Shown: positions 55,827-64,000 of the stretch, piece by piece
Numbering within the stretch: the stretch's first letter is position 1
Layout: each line of letters begins with the position of its first letter
Assembly (NCBI GenBank): GCA_965277715.1
Contig: OZ255836.1
Coordinates: 3,392,001 to 3,456,000, forward strand
Reading direction: 5' to 3'
Origin: Gammaproteobacteria bacterium
GTDB lineage: Bacteria; Pseudomonadota; Gammaproteobacteria; JBCCGL01
DNA: 64,000 nucleotides
The notes under the pieces: model-generated
Seen by the model: only the letters and a program-made list of their open reading frames with translations
The model's database searches: none
What the model was told of the DNA's origin: nothing
Program-made: the position numbers and the translations under genes

Positions 55827-57570
55827 GGTTAGCTTCTCTGGCTGATTGGGCGCTTGTGCCCAGGTCGCCCTGTCGGTGTCGTGTACGGCGCGCATCGGCT
55901 GCGGTAATCTGTGCCTGCTGTGCCGCGTTTAGGTCATGGGTGTTTTTTGACGCTCTCGCCGATGCCGCTTTCTTTGCCTGCACGCGTGCCAATGCGGCGG
56001 CGATAACATCCTGTTTATCGGTTTGCGCGTGGCCCGCTGTGTTTGGTTTGCCGCTATCCGTTGGTTTGTTATCGGCCTGTTTATCAGTCTGCCTGGCTTT
56101 GGCCGCCTGCTTGGAGGCTTCCAGGGCGGCGCGTTTTTTTGCCATGCGGGCTTCTTTGTCACGCGCAATGGCGGCCAACCGCGCTTCACGCGCCTCGAAG
56201 CGCAGCCGGGATGCTTCTGATTGTTCCCGGTTTCGGTCTTGTTCGCGTATTTCTGACTTGGCGTAACGGTAGTACGCCACCAGGGGGATATGGCTGGGAC
56301 AGACATAAGCGCAGGCACCACACTCGATGCAATCGCCGAGCCGGTATTGTTCGAGCTTGGGCAGGTCGCGGGCCTTGGCGTACCAGTGCAACTGCTGGGG
56401 GAGTAGCTGTGCTGGGCACGCCTGCACGCAGGCACCACAGCGTATACAGGGTTGCTCCGGTTTGGCCGCTGGCAACGCCTGCCCGGTGCTGGCTATCAGG
56501 CAGTTGGTGGCTTTGATCACCGGCAGGGCATCGTCCGGCAGGGCAAAGCCCATCATCGGGCCACCCATGATCAATTGGGTAACCCCTTCGACATAACCGC
56601 CGCACTGGGCAATCACATCGGCTATCGGTGTGCCGATCAATACCTCGGTATTGGCCGGGTGCTGCACGCCATCGCCACTCACGGTGACGATGCGGGAAAT
56701 CAGGGGTTCGCCCAAACACACCGCACGGTATATCGCATACGCGGTGGCGATATTAACCACCCGCAGGCCAATATCGGCGGGCAGGCCCCCGGTAGGTACT
56801 TCTTTGCCGGTTAACACTTTGAGCAATTGCCGTTCGCCACCAATGGGGTAGCGTGTGGGCACTATCCGCAATGCGCTCTCTTGCAGAGAGGACTGACGAA
56901 GGGCGGCGCGCAGGGCGTCGATGGCGGCGGGTTTGTTGTCTTCGATGCCAATCAATACGTGTTTTGCCTGCAAGGCATAGTGTGTTATTTCAATGCCGCT
57001 GACAATCGCGGCAGCGCGCCCGGTCATCAGCGCCTGGTCGCAACTGATATATGGCTCGCACTCGGCGGCGTTGATAATCAGAGTATCGACAGCGGTGGTG
57101 TCGGCAGCCAGCTTGACAGCGGTGGGGAACAGCGCGCCACCCAGGCCAACCACACCGCTATCGCGCACGATAGCGCCGATGGCCTGGGGGCTAAGTGCGC
57201 GAAAATCCGTGTGTGCTGTGCGCTCAATCCATTGGTCTTTACCGTCGGTTTCAATTTCCACACAATGGGCGGATAAGCCCGAGGCATGCGGCACCGGCAT
57301 AAGGCCAACGCGGGTGACCGTGCCGGAAGTGGGGGCGTGTACCGGCGCGCTAATGGTGCCATGCGCCACGGCCAGTACCTGCCCTTTAAGTACTGACTGG
57401 CCAGGCTGTATCTGTGATTTGTTGTCCGCACCGATGTGCTGGCGCAATGGTACTTGCAGCCGTGGGGGGACACGCAGTGGCTGAATGGGGGTTTGCAGCG
57501 ATTCGGCTTTGTGCGCATCCGGCTGCACACCGCCGTTAAAACGCCATAGCCTGTTTAATAGTGCACCCAT
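55816..57570 (-). CDS. rnfC: Rnf/Rsx complex subunit C
   Basis: GLGGALFP, ECEPY, two CxxCxxCxxxCP clusters. Confidence 0.95.
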   Translation of the reverse strand: MGALLNRLWRFNGGVQPDAHKAESLQTPIQPLRVPPRLQVPLRQHIGADNKSQIQPGQSVLKGQVLAVAHGTISAPVHAPTSGTVTRVGLMPVPHASGLSAHCVEIETDGKDQWIERTAHTDFRALSPQAIGAIVRDSGVVGLGGALFPTAVKLAADTTAVDTLIINAAECEPYISCDQALMTGRAAAIVSGIEITHYALQAKHVLIGIEDNKPAAIDALRAALRQSSLQESALRIVPTRYPIGGERQLLKVLTGKEVPTGGLPADIGLRVVNIATAYAIYRAVCLGEPLISRIVTVSGDGVQHPANTEVLIGTPIADVIAQCGGYVEGVTQLIMGGPMMGFALPDDALPVIKATNCLIASTGQALPAAKPEQPCIRCGACVQACPAQLLPQQLHWYAKARDLPKLEQYRLGDCIECGACAYVCPSHIPLVAYYRYAKSEIREQDRNREQSEASRLRFEAREARLAAIARDKEARMAKKRAALEASKQAAKARQTDKQADNKPTDSGKPNTAGHAQTDKQDVIAAALARVQAKKAASARASKNTHDLNAAQQAQITAADARRTRHRQGDLGTSAQSAREANRAI

Positions 57571-57582
57571 CGCCGATCCCTG

Positions 57583-58185
57583 TTACTGGCCAGACGAAAG
57601 AGTGGATGGTGCGAGTGGCACAATCGGTATTACCGGAATAGTGCCGATTGCGCCCGTGCCTGGCCTCGGCACTTTCCAGTTTTCCAGCGTGGTTTTCACC
57701 GGCAGCATATCAATGCAATCCACCGGGCACGGCTCGACGCACAACACACAGCCGGTACACTCCGATTCAATCACCGTGTGCATATGCTTGGCGGCGCCGA
57801 GAATGGCATCCACTGGGCAGGCCTGGATGCACAGTGTGCAGCCGATGCAAATATCTTCACGAATTACCGCCACCGATTTGGGCTTCTCTATCCCGTTTTC
57901 GGCATTCAGCGGTATCACCTCGCGATCCAGCAAGGTCGCCAACGCCTGAATCCCGGCCTCACCTCCAGGTGGGCACTGGTTGATGGGGGCATCGCCTGCG
58001 GCAATCGCCTCGGCATAGGGACGGCAGCCGGGGTAATTGCATTGACCACACTGGGTTTGCGGTAGCACGGCGTCAATCTGATCGACCAGCGGATCCCCTT
58101 CGACTTTGAATTTTATCGCCGCGAAGCCAAGCAGCAGGCCAAACCCTATGGATAGACCGGTAATCACGGCAATGGCGGCGATCAT
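57583..58185 (-). CDS. rnfB: Rnf/Rsx complex subunit B
   Basis: LPQTQCGQC, ferredoxin motifs. Confidence 0.95.
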   Translation of the reverse strand: MIAAIAVITGLSIGFGLLLGFAAIKFKVEGDPLVDQIDAVLPQTQCGQCNYPGCRPYAEAIAAGDAPINQCPPGGEAGIQALATLLDREVIPLNAENGIEKPKSVAVIREDICIGCTLCIQACPVDAILGAAKHMHTVIESECTGCVLCVEPCPVDCIDMLPVKTTLENWKVPRPGTGAIGTIPVIPIVPLAPSTLSSGQ

Positions 58186-58763
58186 GCGGGCACCAGCCCG
58201 GAAAAACCCATAAATGCCAGCGACATCAACCCGGCAGTAATCAACGCGACTGCGTTACCTTTTAGTGGCGCGGGCACATCGGCGACATCGATACGCTCGC
58301 GCATCGCGGCGAACAACACCAGTACCAGCGTAAACCCAATCGCCGCCCCAAAGCCGTACAGGGCTGAATCGATAAAATGGTGGGTCTGCTGCACATTGAG
58401 CAGCGCGACCCCAAGCACCGCACAGTTGGTGGTAATCAACGGCAGGAAAATGCCCAGCACGTTGTACAGCAGGGGGCTGCTTTTATGCACCACCATCTCG
58501 GTGAACTGCACCACGGCGGCGATAATCAGAATAAACGCAATCGTGCGCAGGTATTCGATATCGAAAGGCGCCAGCAGAAATGTATTTGCCAGGTAGCTGC
58601 ACACCGAGGCCAGTGTGAGCACAAACGTCGTCGCCAAACCCATGCCGATGGCCGTTTCCAGCTTGCGTGATACCCCCATAAACGGGCACAGGCCGAGAAA
58701 CTTCACCAGCACAAAGTTGTTCACCAAAATGGTGCCAACCAGGATAAGCGCGTAATCAGACAC
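58182..58763 (-). CDS. rnfA: Rnf/Rsx complex subunit A
   Basis: [19 protein letters not shown]. Confidence 0.95.
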   Translation of the reverse strand: MSDYALILVGTILVNNFVLVKFLGLCPFMGVSRKLETAIGMGLATTFVLTLASVCSYLANTFLLAPFDIEYLRTIAFILIIAAVVQFTEMVVHKSSPLLYNVLGIFLPLITTNCAVLGVALLNVQQTHHFIDSALYGFGAAIGFTLVLVLFAAMRERIDVADVPAPLKGNAVALITAGLMSLAFMGFSGLVPA

Positions 58764-58979
58764 GAATAACTCAGTAATTTAGTCAGGTATAGCCAAATGG
58801 GCGCGAATTCTAACAATTCATTACCTGTTGTGACAGGTCGAATGTGTTATATGTATATTCGCGACTAAACAGCCCTTCCCAGCTAACGGCCTATTCAGTG
58901 CAGGCGGTTGAGCAGTTGGATATTACCGAGGTGTTTTACCTTTTCATAAGGTCGACGGTCAGCGGTAATAAACAACGCG

Positions 58980-59299
58980 TTGCCAACCATGCGATCAATT
59001 GCCCATGCCCTGCTTGAGTGTTGCCAATCACTTTGGTTTTGGCTTTCTCAACGCCAATATCGCGTAGCCACAACACATCAAGTTTTGCTTTGCTTACATC
59101 GATACCAATGATGTTCATAATTCTCTTACCCCACCTTGTTTATGCAGTCTCAAAGGACTCGGATACCATTCAGATTGTTGAGAAATTTGACGTGTGAGAC
59201 CTTATCTACTTAACAGACTCAATAGTCTAAGGATACAGTCAGGTTCTTCACACGCCCTGATGCAATATCAGCTAAACATTACATCGAGAGAGATACAAG
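58980..59299 (-). mobile_element. IS110-family (IS621/IS492-like) remnant: left non-coding end plus the first ~46 codons of the recombinase
   Basis: MNIIGIDVSKAKLDV; on the minus strand the end begins CT-TGTAT. Confidence 0.85.
59119..59290 (-). ncRNA. Putative bridge RNA region
   Basis: Stem CGTGTGA/TCACACG encloses CTGTATCCTT-hairpin-GTAG; a second loop contains ATGGTATCC...ACAAG. Confidence 0.65.
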
Positions 59300-59384
59300 G
59301 GATACAGGAGCTAGAGCAACGCAGGAGTAGTTGCCGACGACTGTATGGATACAGGAGCTAGAGCAACGCAGGAGTAGTTGCCGA
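59300..59384 (-). repeat. 47-bp-period tandem repeat (GGATACAGGAGCTAGAGCAACGCAGGAGTAGTTGCCGA, two copies)
   Basis: Direct copies start at 59300 and 59347; same family as 3135-3198. Confidence 0.9.
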
Positions 59385-59560
59385 GGAGCGGTAGCTTCGC
59401 ACTGTATACAGTGGAGAAAGACACTTACGTCTCGCGAACGAAAACCCTATAGCAGCACAGACAACTCAGCTATAAGGCGAATCGGTGCATTGACGAATCC
59501 CGGAATTTATTTCATGCACGTTCCTAACAGGTCAAACCACCCATGGGTATCTACCCCGGT

Positions 59561-59979
59561 CTATTCGGTAATCCCGGCAATAGACTCAGCGAGTTTCTTA
59601 GTGATAAAACGCAGCTTTCCAATCGACATTTTTTTTGTGGTCGACATAATAAGAACGGATTGCTGCAACAAAAAACGCGTTTTTAAAAAAAGAATATTGC
59701 CCGCATCGGTTTCAATGATGCCAAGCTGCAATGCACCACCGGTCATTGCCCGGGCTGAAGCACCACCTAATGAGTAAAGTGTGCTCGATATAGCGGAAAT
59801 TTTTTCCTCTTCAGCCCGTTCAGGTGTGCGGGCCAACGAATGAAGAGTGAAACCATCTACCGACGACAGGCTAATAAGCTGTATTTCTATATTATTGGCA
59901 AAAAAAAACCGACGAGCTTTGCCAGCTTTTTTTGTGCATTGGTGGGTTGGTTATTATCAGGGGGGTTTTTCTGGTTCAT
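59561..59979 (-). CDS. Roadblock/LC7 (MglB-like) protein, split by a -1 frameshift near codon 18-27
   Basis: ATG overlaps the GTPase stop. The second frame reads [10 protein letters not shown]...[14 protein letters not shown]...IIETDAG. A7 and T9 runs lie at the break. Confidence 0.65.
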
Positions 59980-60509
59980 AAATGTTTATTCATTGCGTTG
60001 AGCGTGTAGAGCAACGTGACGGATGAATGCTTTTCTCTACCGTCAATTTTTAAAATAGGCGCGTTTATACCCTGCTGTTCGAAAATGCAATGAACCTCCA
60101 GTTTAAGCGTCTCAAGGATATCCTGCGATGCATTCTCAGCGTGAGTGATAACTGCAACGCACGGTGTGTTGTTACGTTTTGGATCAAAGAACTTTAGCAG
60201 CCCAGCGATCTCTTCATAGTCGTTTTTCTCCTGGTACTTGATCATGACAACCAGACCCCATAACGAGGTGTTAACAATCTCCCACAAAAAGGAGTACCGG
60301 CTTTGTCCCGGTACACCGTATAGGCCCAGCACGGTATCGTCCGCCAGTGTGATCCGGCCATAATCGATACCGACGGTAGTGTGCGATTTGCCGATGTCGA
60401 TTGTCGACTCCACGTCAGTTTTAACCGTATCGATTTCGCTTAAAGTGCGGATGATACAGGTTTTGCCTGTACCGACCCCACCTATAAAAGCCAGCTTCCT
60501 ATACTCCAT
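59976..60509 (-). CDS. MglA/CvnD-like small GTPase
   Basis: [30 protein letters not shown]. Confidence 0.85.
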   Translation of the reverse strand: MEYRKLAFIGGVGTGKTCIIRTLSEIDTVKTDVESTIDIGKSHTTVGIDYGRITLADDTVLGLYGVPGQSRYSFLWEIVNTSLWGLVVMIKYQEKNDYEEIAGLLKFFDPKRNNTPCVAVITHAENASQDILETLKLEVHCIFEQQGINAPILKIDGREKHSSVTLLYTLNAMNKHL

Positions 60510-60513
60510 GGTG

Positions 60514-61281
60514 TTACATTAACCGCCGCAGATATATTTTCACCTTGTGGTAAAAATTTTCTGAGAGTGAAGATTTCAGTGACGCGCTATGCAGGCTTTG
60601 TGCTTGGATGCGCATATCCTTTTTAGTATCTAAAATGCCTAAAGCAAACAGAATCTTTAATGTTCTGTCCAGTTCTTTGCGTTGATTGTTGTACATAGAC
60701 ATTGCTTGCAGTTGGCTGTAAGAGTACGGCCCATTGATCAGCAATGAGCAGAGCTCGATCGTCTCTGGCGTGAGTTCAATTTCATCGAAATCAGGCCATC
60801 GCAATAACGTCATACGCGACTGTGTTATATCTGACTCACGTCGGGTGGGCGTATGCTTGTTTTGCAGGGTGGCGGAAAATTGGGTAAGTTGGTACAGAAG
60901 TGCTTTTTTCTTGTTGTCTAACCGGTATAGGTCATTTTGATGTCGTTGAAAAAAATGTTTGAAGTGCAGGTTTTTATCAACTTCATTAATCAATTTAATT
61001 GGGGTTTCTGGGAGAAAACGCTTTTCCAGGTACGCCTCAATTAGCAGGTCGACGTTATTGTGACGCGAGTCCTGGGAAATTGTTTCCAGCAGTGTGTCTA
61101 CTGATTCCACTGGTCCTTCAAGCAGGTGTAAATAATACCCATTGGTATAGCCGAGAATACTGGTAATGCGATTGCGTATATTTTTTTGCCGCGATACCTT
61201 TAGTATTTTTGACAGGCCGAGAGGAACGACATAGCTACCCACCTGGCCAGTCGCCTGGCTAATATAAAAAACCTCTTTCAC
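60514..61281 (-). CDS. BLUF-domain protein with a C-terminal WPDF/winged-helix-like domain
   Basis: YISQA...ILKVSRQKN...IT...LEGP...I.QDSRH; C-terminal LLRWPDF. Confidence 0.75.
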   Translation of the reverse strand: MKEVFYISQATGQVGSYVVPLGLSKILKVSRQKNIRNRITSILGYTNGYYLHLLEGPVESVDTLLETISQDSRHNNVDLLIEAYLEKRFLPETPIKLINEVDKNLHFKHFFQRHQNDLYRLDNKKKALLYQLTQFSATLQNKHTPTRRESDITQSRMTLLRWPDFDEIELTPETIELCSLLINGPYSYSQLQAMSMYNNQRKELDRTLKILFALGILDTKKDMRIQAQSLHSASLKSSLSENFYHKVKIYLRRLM

Positions 61282-61297
61282 GTCTTGAAGCGGAAAC

Positions 61298-61329
61298 TTA
61301 CCCCTTGAACCAAAAGGCTCAAGGGGTAA
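61298..61329 (-). terminator. Intercistronic hairpin TTACCCCTTGA...TCAAGGGGTAA
   Basis: 11-bp perfect stem between the first two genes of the module. Confidence 0.6.
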
Positions 61330-61336
61330 ATAGTAT

Positions 61337-61696
61337 TTAAACGCTTAAATCTTCTTCTATGCTTTTAGCTTTGCGCCGTGCCAGCGCGAGATTGGATTTA
61401 CTTTTGTCCAGTACCATATAAATATACAAACCTTCATGCTCCTTGGATGGCCGTATGATGTGTATTTGATGGGTTAGGGTAATCAGTATGTCTTCTATTT
61501 CGCCTTTAATATTTAAGCTTCTCATGGTATCCATTTTGGCTTTTACCACCTCTGAATTTCCTGCGGCAGCCAATTCCAGATCGACACCGCCGCCGACTTT
61601 TCCAAGTGCCATTCCTGATGTATAGTCGGCAATACAGCAGCCCATAATTCCGTCACACTTCATCAATTCGTTTAAGCTATTGGTTATATTTGCCAT
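61337..61696 (-). CDS. Roadblock/LC7-like protein
   Basis: DGIMGCCIADYTSGMALG...LAAAGNSEVVKAK...IEDILITL...NLALAR; GAGGA RBS. Confidence 0.8.
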   Translation of the reverse strand: MANITNSLNELMKCDGIMGCCIADYTSGMALGKVGGGVDLELAAAGNSEVVKAKMDTMRSLNIKGEIEDILITLTHQIHIIRPSKEHEGLYIYMVLDKSKSNLALARRKAKSIEEDLSV

Positions 61697-62119
61697 GATT
61701 TTCCTCTAGGGGTTTTTTGGTGGTTAGTCATAAAAAAGGGTGTTGCTTATATCACGTTGAAGTCTATTTTAGGGAATCGCTAAAAATACATGTCGTCAGT
61801 GATCACTGATAGACAAGATGGGAAATCCTACAGCGTCCTCATATAGACTTAATATATTGCTCCACTCGTAAGTTGCCGGAGTGCATGGTGCTATTGGTAT
61901 CCAAGAAAAAGTTTATTTGTATAAATGCTTTTCTCGTGCTACTAGATCTGTAATATCCAGGCGATGCACTGTCAATTTAATGGCGCTTCATCAGTTTGAC
62001 AAAATACCCAGGCATTTTTGCTGCTTTTTCTTAGACGTTAGAAAAACCATAGTTAACCGGCTACAAAACTTGCCGAAGTATAGGCATATATTTCATATGT
62101 ATCAAGTATCAATCAGAAT

Positions 62120-62149
62120 CAAAAATCAATGGGGTCAGATTCGATTGAT
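62120..62149 (+). repeat. Left terminal inverted repeat of RAYT #2
   Basis: AAAATCAATGGGGTCAGATTCGATTGAT is the reverse complement of the right-hand units with one mismatch. Confidence 0.9.
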
Positions 62150-62203
62150 ATTTGATAATCAATCGATTAACCTACCGCCCGTTTCCGCTAAGCGTTATAA
62201 ACA

Positions 62204-62929
62204 ATGGCCCGCCTTCCCCGCTTTGTTATTCCCGGTCACCCGCAGCACGTTATTATTCGTGGCAATAACCGGCAGTCGATTTTTTATTCAGACGACGACT
62301 ATCGATTTTATCTGGCGAAGTTGAAAGCAGCCTGCGACAAACACCATTGTGATCTGCACGCTTATGTTTTGATGACGAATCATGTGCATTTATTGATTAC
62401 GCCTTATGCAACGGACGGTATCGGTAAGGCCGTGCAGATGCTGGGGCGTTACTATGTCCGGTATTTTAATGACACCCATCAGCGCAGTGGCACGCTCTGG
62501 GAAGGGCGCTATAAAGCGACGCTGATTGATTCAGAGCGTTATCTGTTGACGTGTTACCGCTACATAGAATTGAACCCGGTGCGGGCGCAGTTTATGGTGG
62601 ATCACCCGGCGGACTATCCCTGGTCGAGTTACCGCTATAACGCACAGGGGCAGGCAGATGAAAACATTGTCCCCCACGCTGAATACCAACGGCTTGGCCG
62701 TGATCCACAAGCGAGGCAGGTGGCGTATCGCGCGTTGTTTAAAGCGCATATTTCGGAAAAAGTACAGGCGTCAATTCGCGAGTCGACGAATAAAGCCTGG
62801 GTGCTGGGTGGCAGTGATTTCAAAGCGCGCATTGAAAAGCAAGTAAACCGCCGGGTGTCACCACAAGCGAGAGGTGGTGATCGAAAATCTGCTGGGTATC
62901 TGTCTCAATCAACGATCAATCGAGTCTGA
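62204..62929 (+). CDS. REP/TIR-associated HUH tyrosine transposase, RAYT/TIRYT type
   Basis: MARLPR, RGNNRQ, MTNHVHLL, LWEGRY, YIELNPVRA, WSSY. Confidence 0.92.
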   Translation: MARLPRFVIPGHPQHVIIRGNNRQSIFYSDDDYRFYLAKLKAACDKHHCDLHAYVLMTNHVHLLITPYATDGIGKAVQMLGRYYVRYFNDTHQRSGTLWEGRYKATLIDSERYLLTCYRYIELNPVRAQFMVDHPADYPWSSYRYNAQGQADENIVPHAEYQRLGRDPQARQVAYRALFKAHISEKVQASIRESTNKAWVLGGSDFKARIEKQVNRRVSPQARGGDRKSAGYLSQSTINRV

Positions 62930-62972
62930 CCCCATTGATTTTGATCAATCGAGTCTGACCCCATTGATTTTG
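62915..62972 (-). repeat. Two tandem 29-bp right repeats ATCAATCGAGTCTGACCCCATTGATTTTG
   Basis: Exact duplicates; the first contains the RAYT stop codon. Confidence 0.92.
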
Positions 62973-64000
62973 CGGAGGAGGATTAGCCAGTGCTTTGGGC
63001 CTGACCGGGGGGGCTTGCACCGTGCGCTGGGTAAACTGTGGAAGGGTAACGGGCAGCCGGAGCCTGCCCGTTTGTCTGCGTTTCAGGCGTTGCTCGATGC
63101 CTCTGTTGCGCGGGTGGAACAGCGGCGTCTGTCTCTTCCCAAGCCGCTTTATCCCGCTGAATTGCCGGTTGTTGAAGCCCGCTCAGAAATTCTCTCGACG
63201 ATTAAAAATCATCAGGTCACGGTTATCTGTGGTGAAACCGGCTCGGGTAAAACTACGCAGTTACCCAAGATGTGTATGGAGTTGGGGCGTGGTGTCCACG
63301 GTTTTATTGGCCATACACAACCCCGCCGTATCGCGGCGCGCAGTGTCGCCGCAAGAATCGCCGGCGAGCTGGGGTCGACGGTGGGGGGCGCGGTCGGTTT
63401 TAAAGTGCGCTTTTCTGATCAGGTGAGCACTGACAGTTACCTGAAATTGATGACCGATGGCATTCTGCTCAGTGAGATTCAGCATGATCGTTGGCTGAAT
63501 CAATACGATACGTTGATTATTGATGAGGCACATGAACGCAGTTTAAATATTGATTTTCTCCTCGGTGTTTTAAAACAGTTACTGGTTAAACGGCCTGATC
63601 TGAAGTTGATTATTACCTCGGCCACTATCGACCCGGAACGCTTTTCGACACACTTTGATAACGCCCCGATTATCCGTGTCGAGGGGCGTACCTGGCCGGT
63701 GGAAACCCGTTATCAGCCCTTGCTGAGTAGCCTGGAGGGCAGCGGTGAAGAACCGGATCTGGTCGATGCGCTGGTAACAGGCTGTGAGATCCTGATTGCC
63801 GAATGCCGGGGGCAGCGTGGCGATGTATTGGTGTTTTTGCCTGGCGAGCGGCATATCCGCGAGTGCAGTGAAGCCCTGCAGAAACATCAGGCACACAGTA
63901 AGCATTTGGCCGGTGTTGAGGTGTTGCCACTGTTTGCCCGCCTGACTCCGGCAGAGCAGGGGCGTATCTTTGCTCAACACAGTAAGCGCCGTATTGTGCT
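62970..64000 (+). CDS. hrpA: ATP-dependent RNA helicase HrpA, partial; start uncertain
   Basis: ELPV, GETGSGKTTQLPK, TQPRRIAARSV, DEAHERSLN, TSAT, VFLPGE. Confidence 0.92.
   Translation, partial: MRRRISQCFGPDRGGLHRALGKLWKGNGQPEPARLSAFQALLDASVARVEQRRLSLPKPLYPAELPVVEARSEILSTIKNHQVTVICGETGSGKTTQLPKMCMELGRGVHGFIGHTQPRRIAARSVAARIAGELGSTVGGAVGFKVRFSDQVSTDSYLKLMTDGILLSEIQHDRWLNQYDTLIIDEAHERSLNIDFLLGVLKQLLVKRPDLKLIITSATIDPERFSTHFDNAPIIRVEGRTWPVETRYQPLLSSLEGSGEEPDLVDALVTGCEILIAECRGQRGDVLVFLPGERHIRECSEALQKHQAHSKHLAGVEVLPLFARLTPAEQGRIFAQHSKRRIV

Noticed and set aside
55816-56200. Ala/Lys-rich C-terminal extension of RnfC
   Set aside because: Common in gammaproteobacterial RnfC/RsxC.
59300-59384. Possible mini-CRISPR array
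   Set aside because: The units are head-to-tail with a constant 9-nt linker also seen at 3135-3198; there are no variable spacers and no cas genes.
59331-59777. 148-aa ORF beginning in the tandem repeat
   Set aside because: It reads through repeat DNA and is antisense to the roadblock gene.
61881-62324. 147-aa ORF upstream of RAYT #2
   Set aside because: No motifs, it crosses the inverted repeat and overlaps the RAYT out of frame.
62915-62972. Possible CRISPR repeats (29 bp, two copies)
   Set aside because: No spacer; they are the inverted end of the RAYT.

Overview
Window from a gammaproteobacterium, probably marine. A conserved core (cca, tRNA-Tyr/Gly/Thr-tuf-tRNA-Trp-secE-nusG-rplKAJL-rpoBC, rnfABCDGE, partial hrpA) is interleaved with accessory blocks: (i) a methylated-amine catabolic cluster (Tdm-like DUF1989-GcvT protein, GntR regulator, gmaS-mgsABC, two unknown genes); (ii) a ~9 kb island (12.7-21.5 kb) with a REP/TIR-associated HUH tyrosine transposase (RAYT/TIRYT type), two orphan toxin-CT/immunity cassettes and IS4, IS1111 and IS3 remnants, punctuated by a GGGGTCA/TGACCCC motif; (iii) a GntR-controlled ABC transporter-racemase-puuE allantoin operon; (iv) a four-gene roadblock / BLUF / MglA-like GTPase / roadblock module. 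Strongest leads: the BLUF-coupled small-GTPase module (non-canonical BLUF, roadblock gene split at a slippery site), the RAYT-motif/toxin-cassette architecture, and two IS110-family non-coding ends whose putative guide segments match the repeats they abut. All calls come from reading motifs by eye; no database searches were run.
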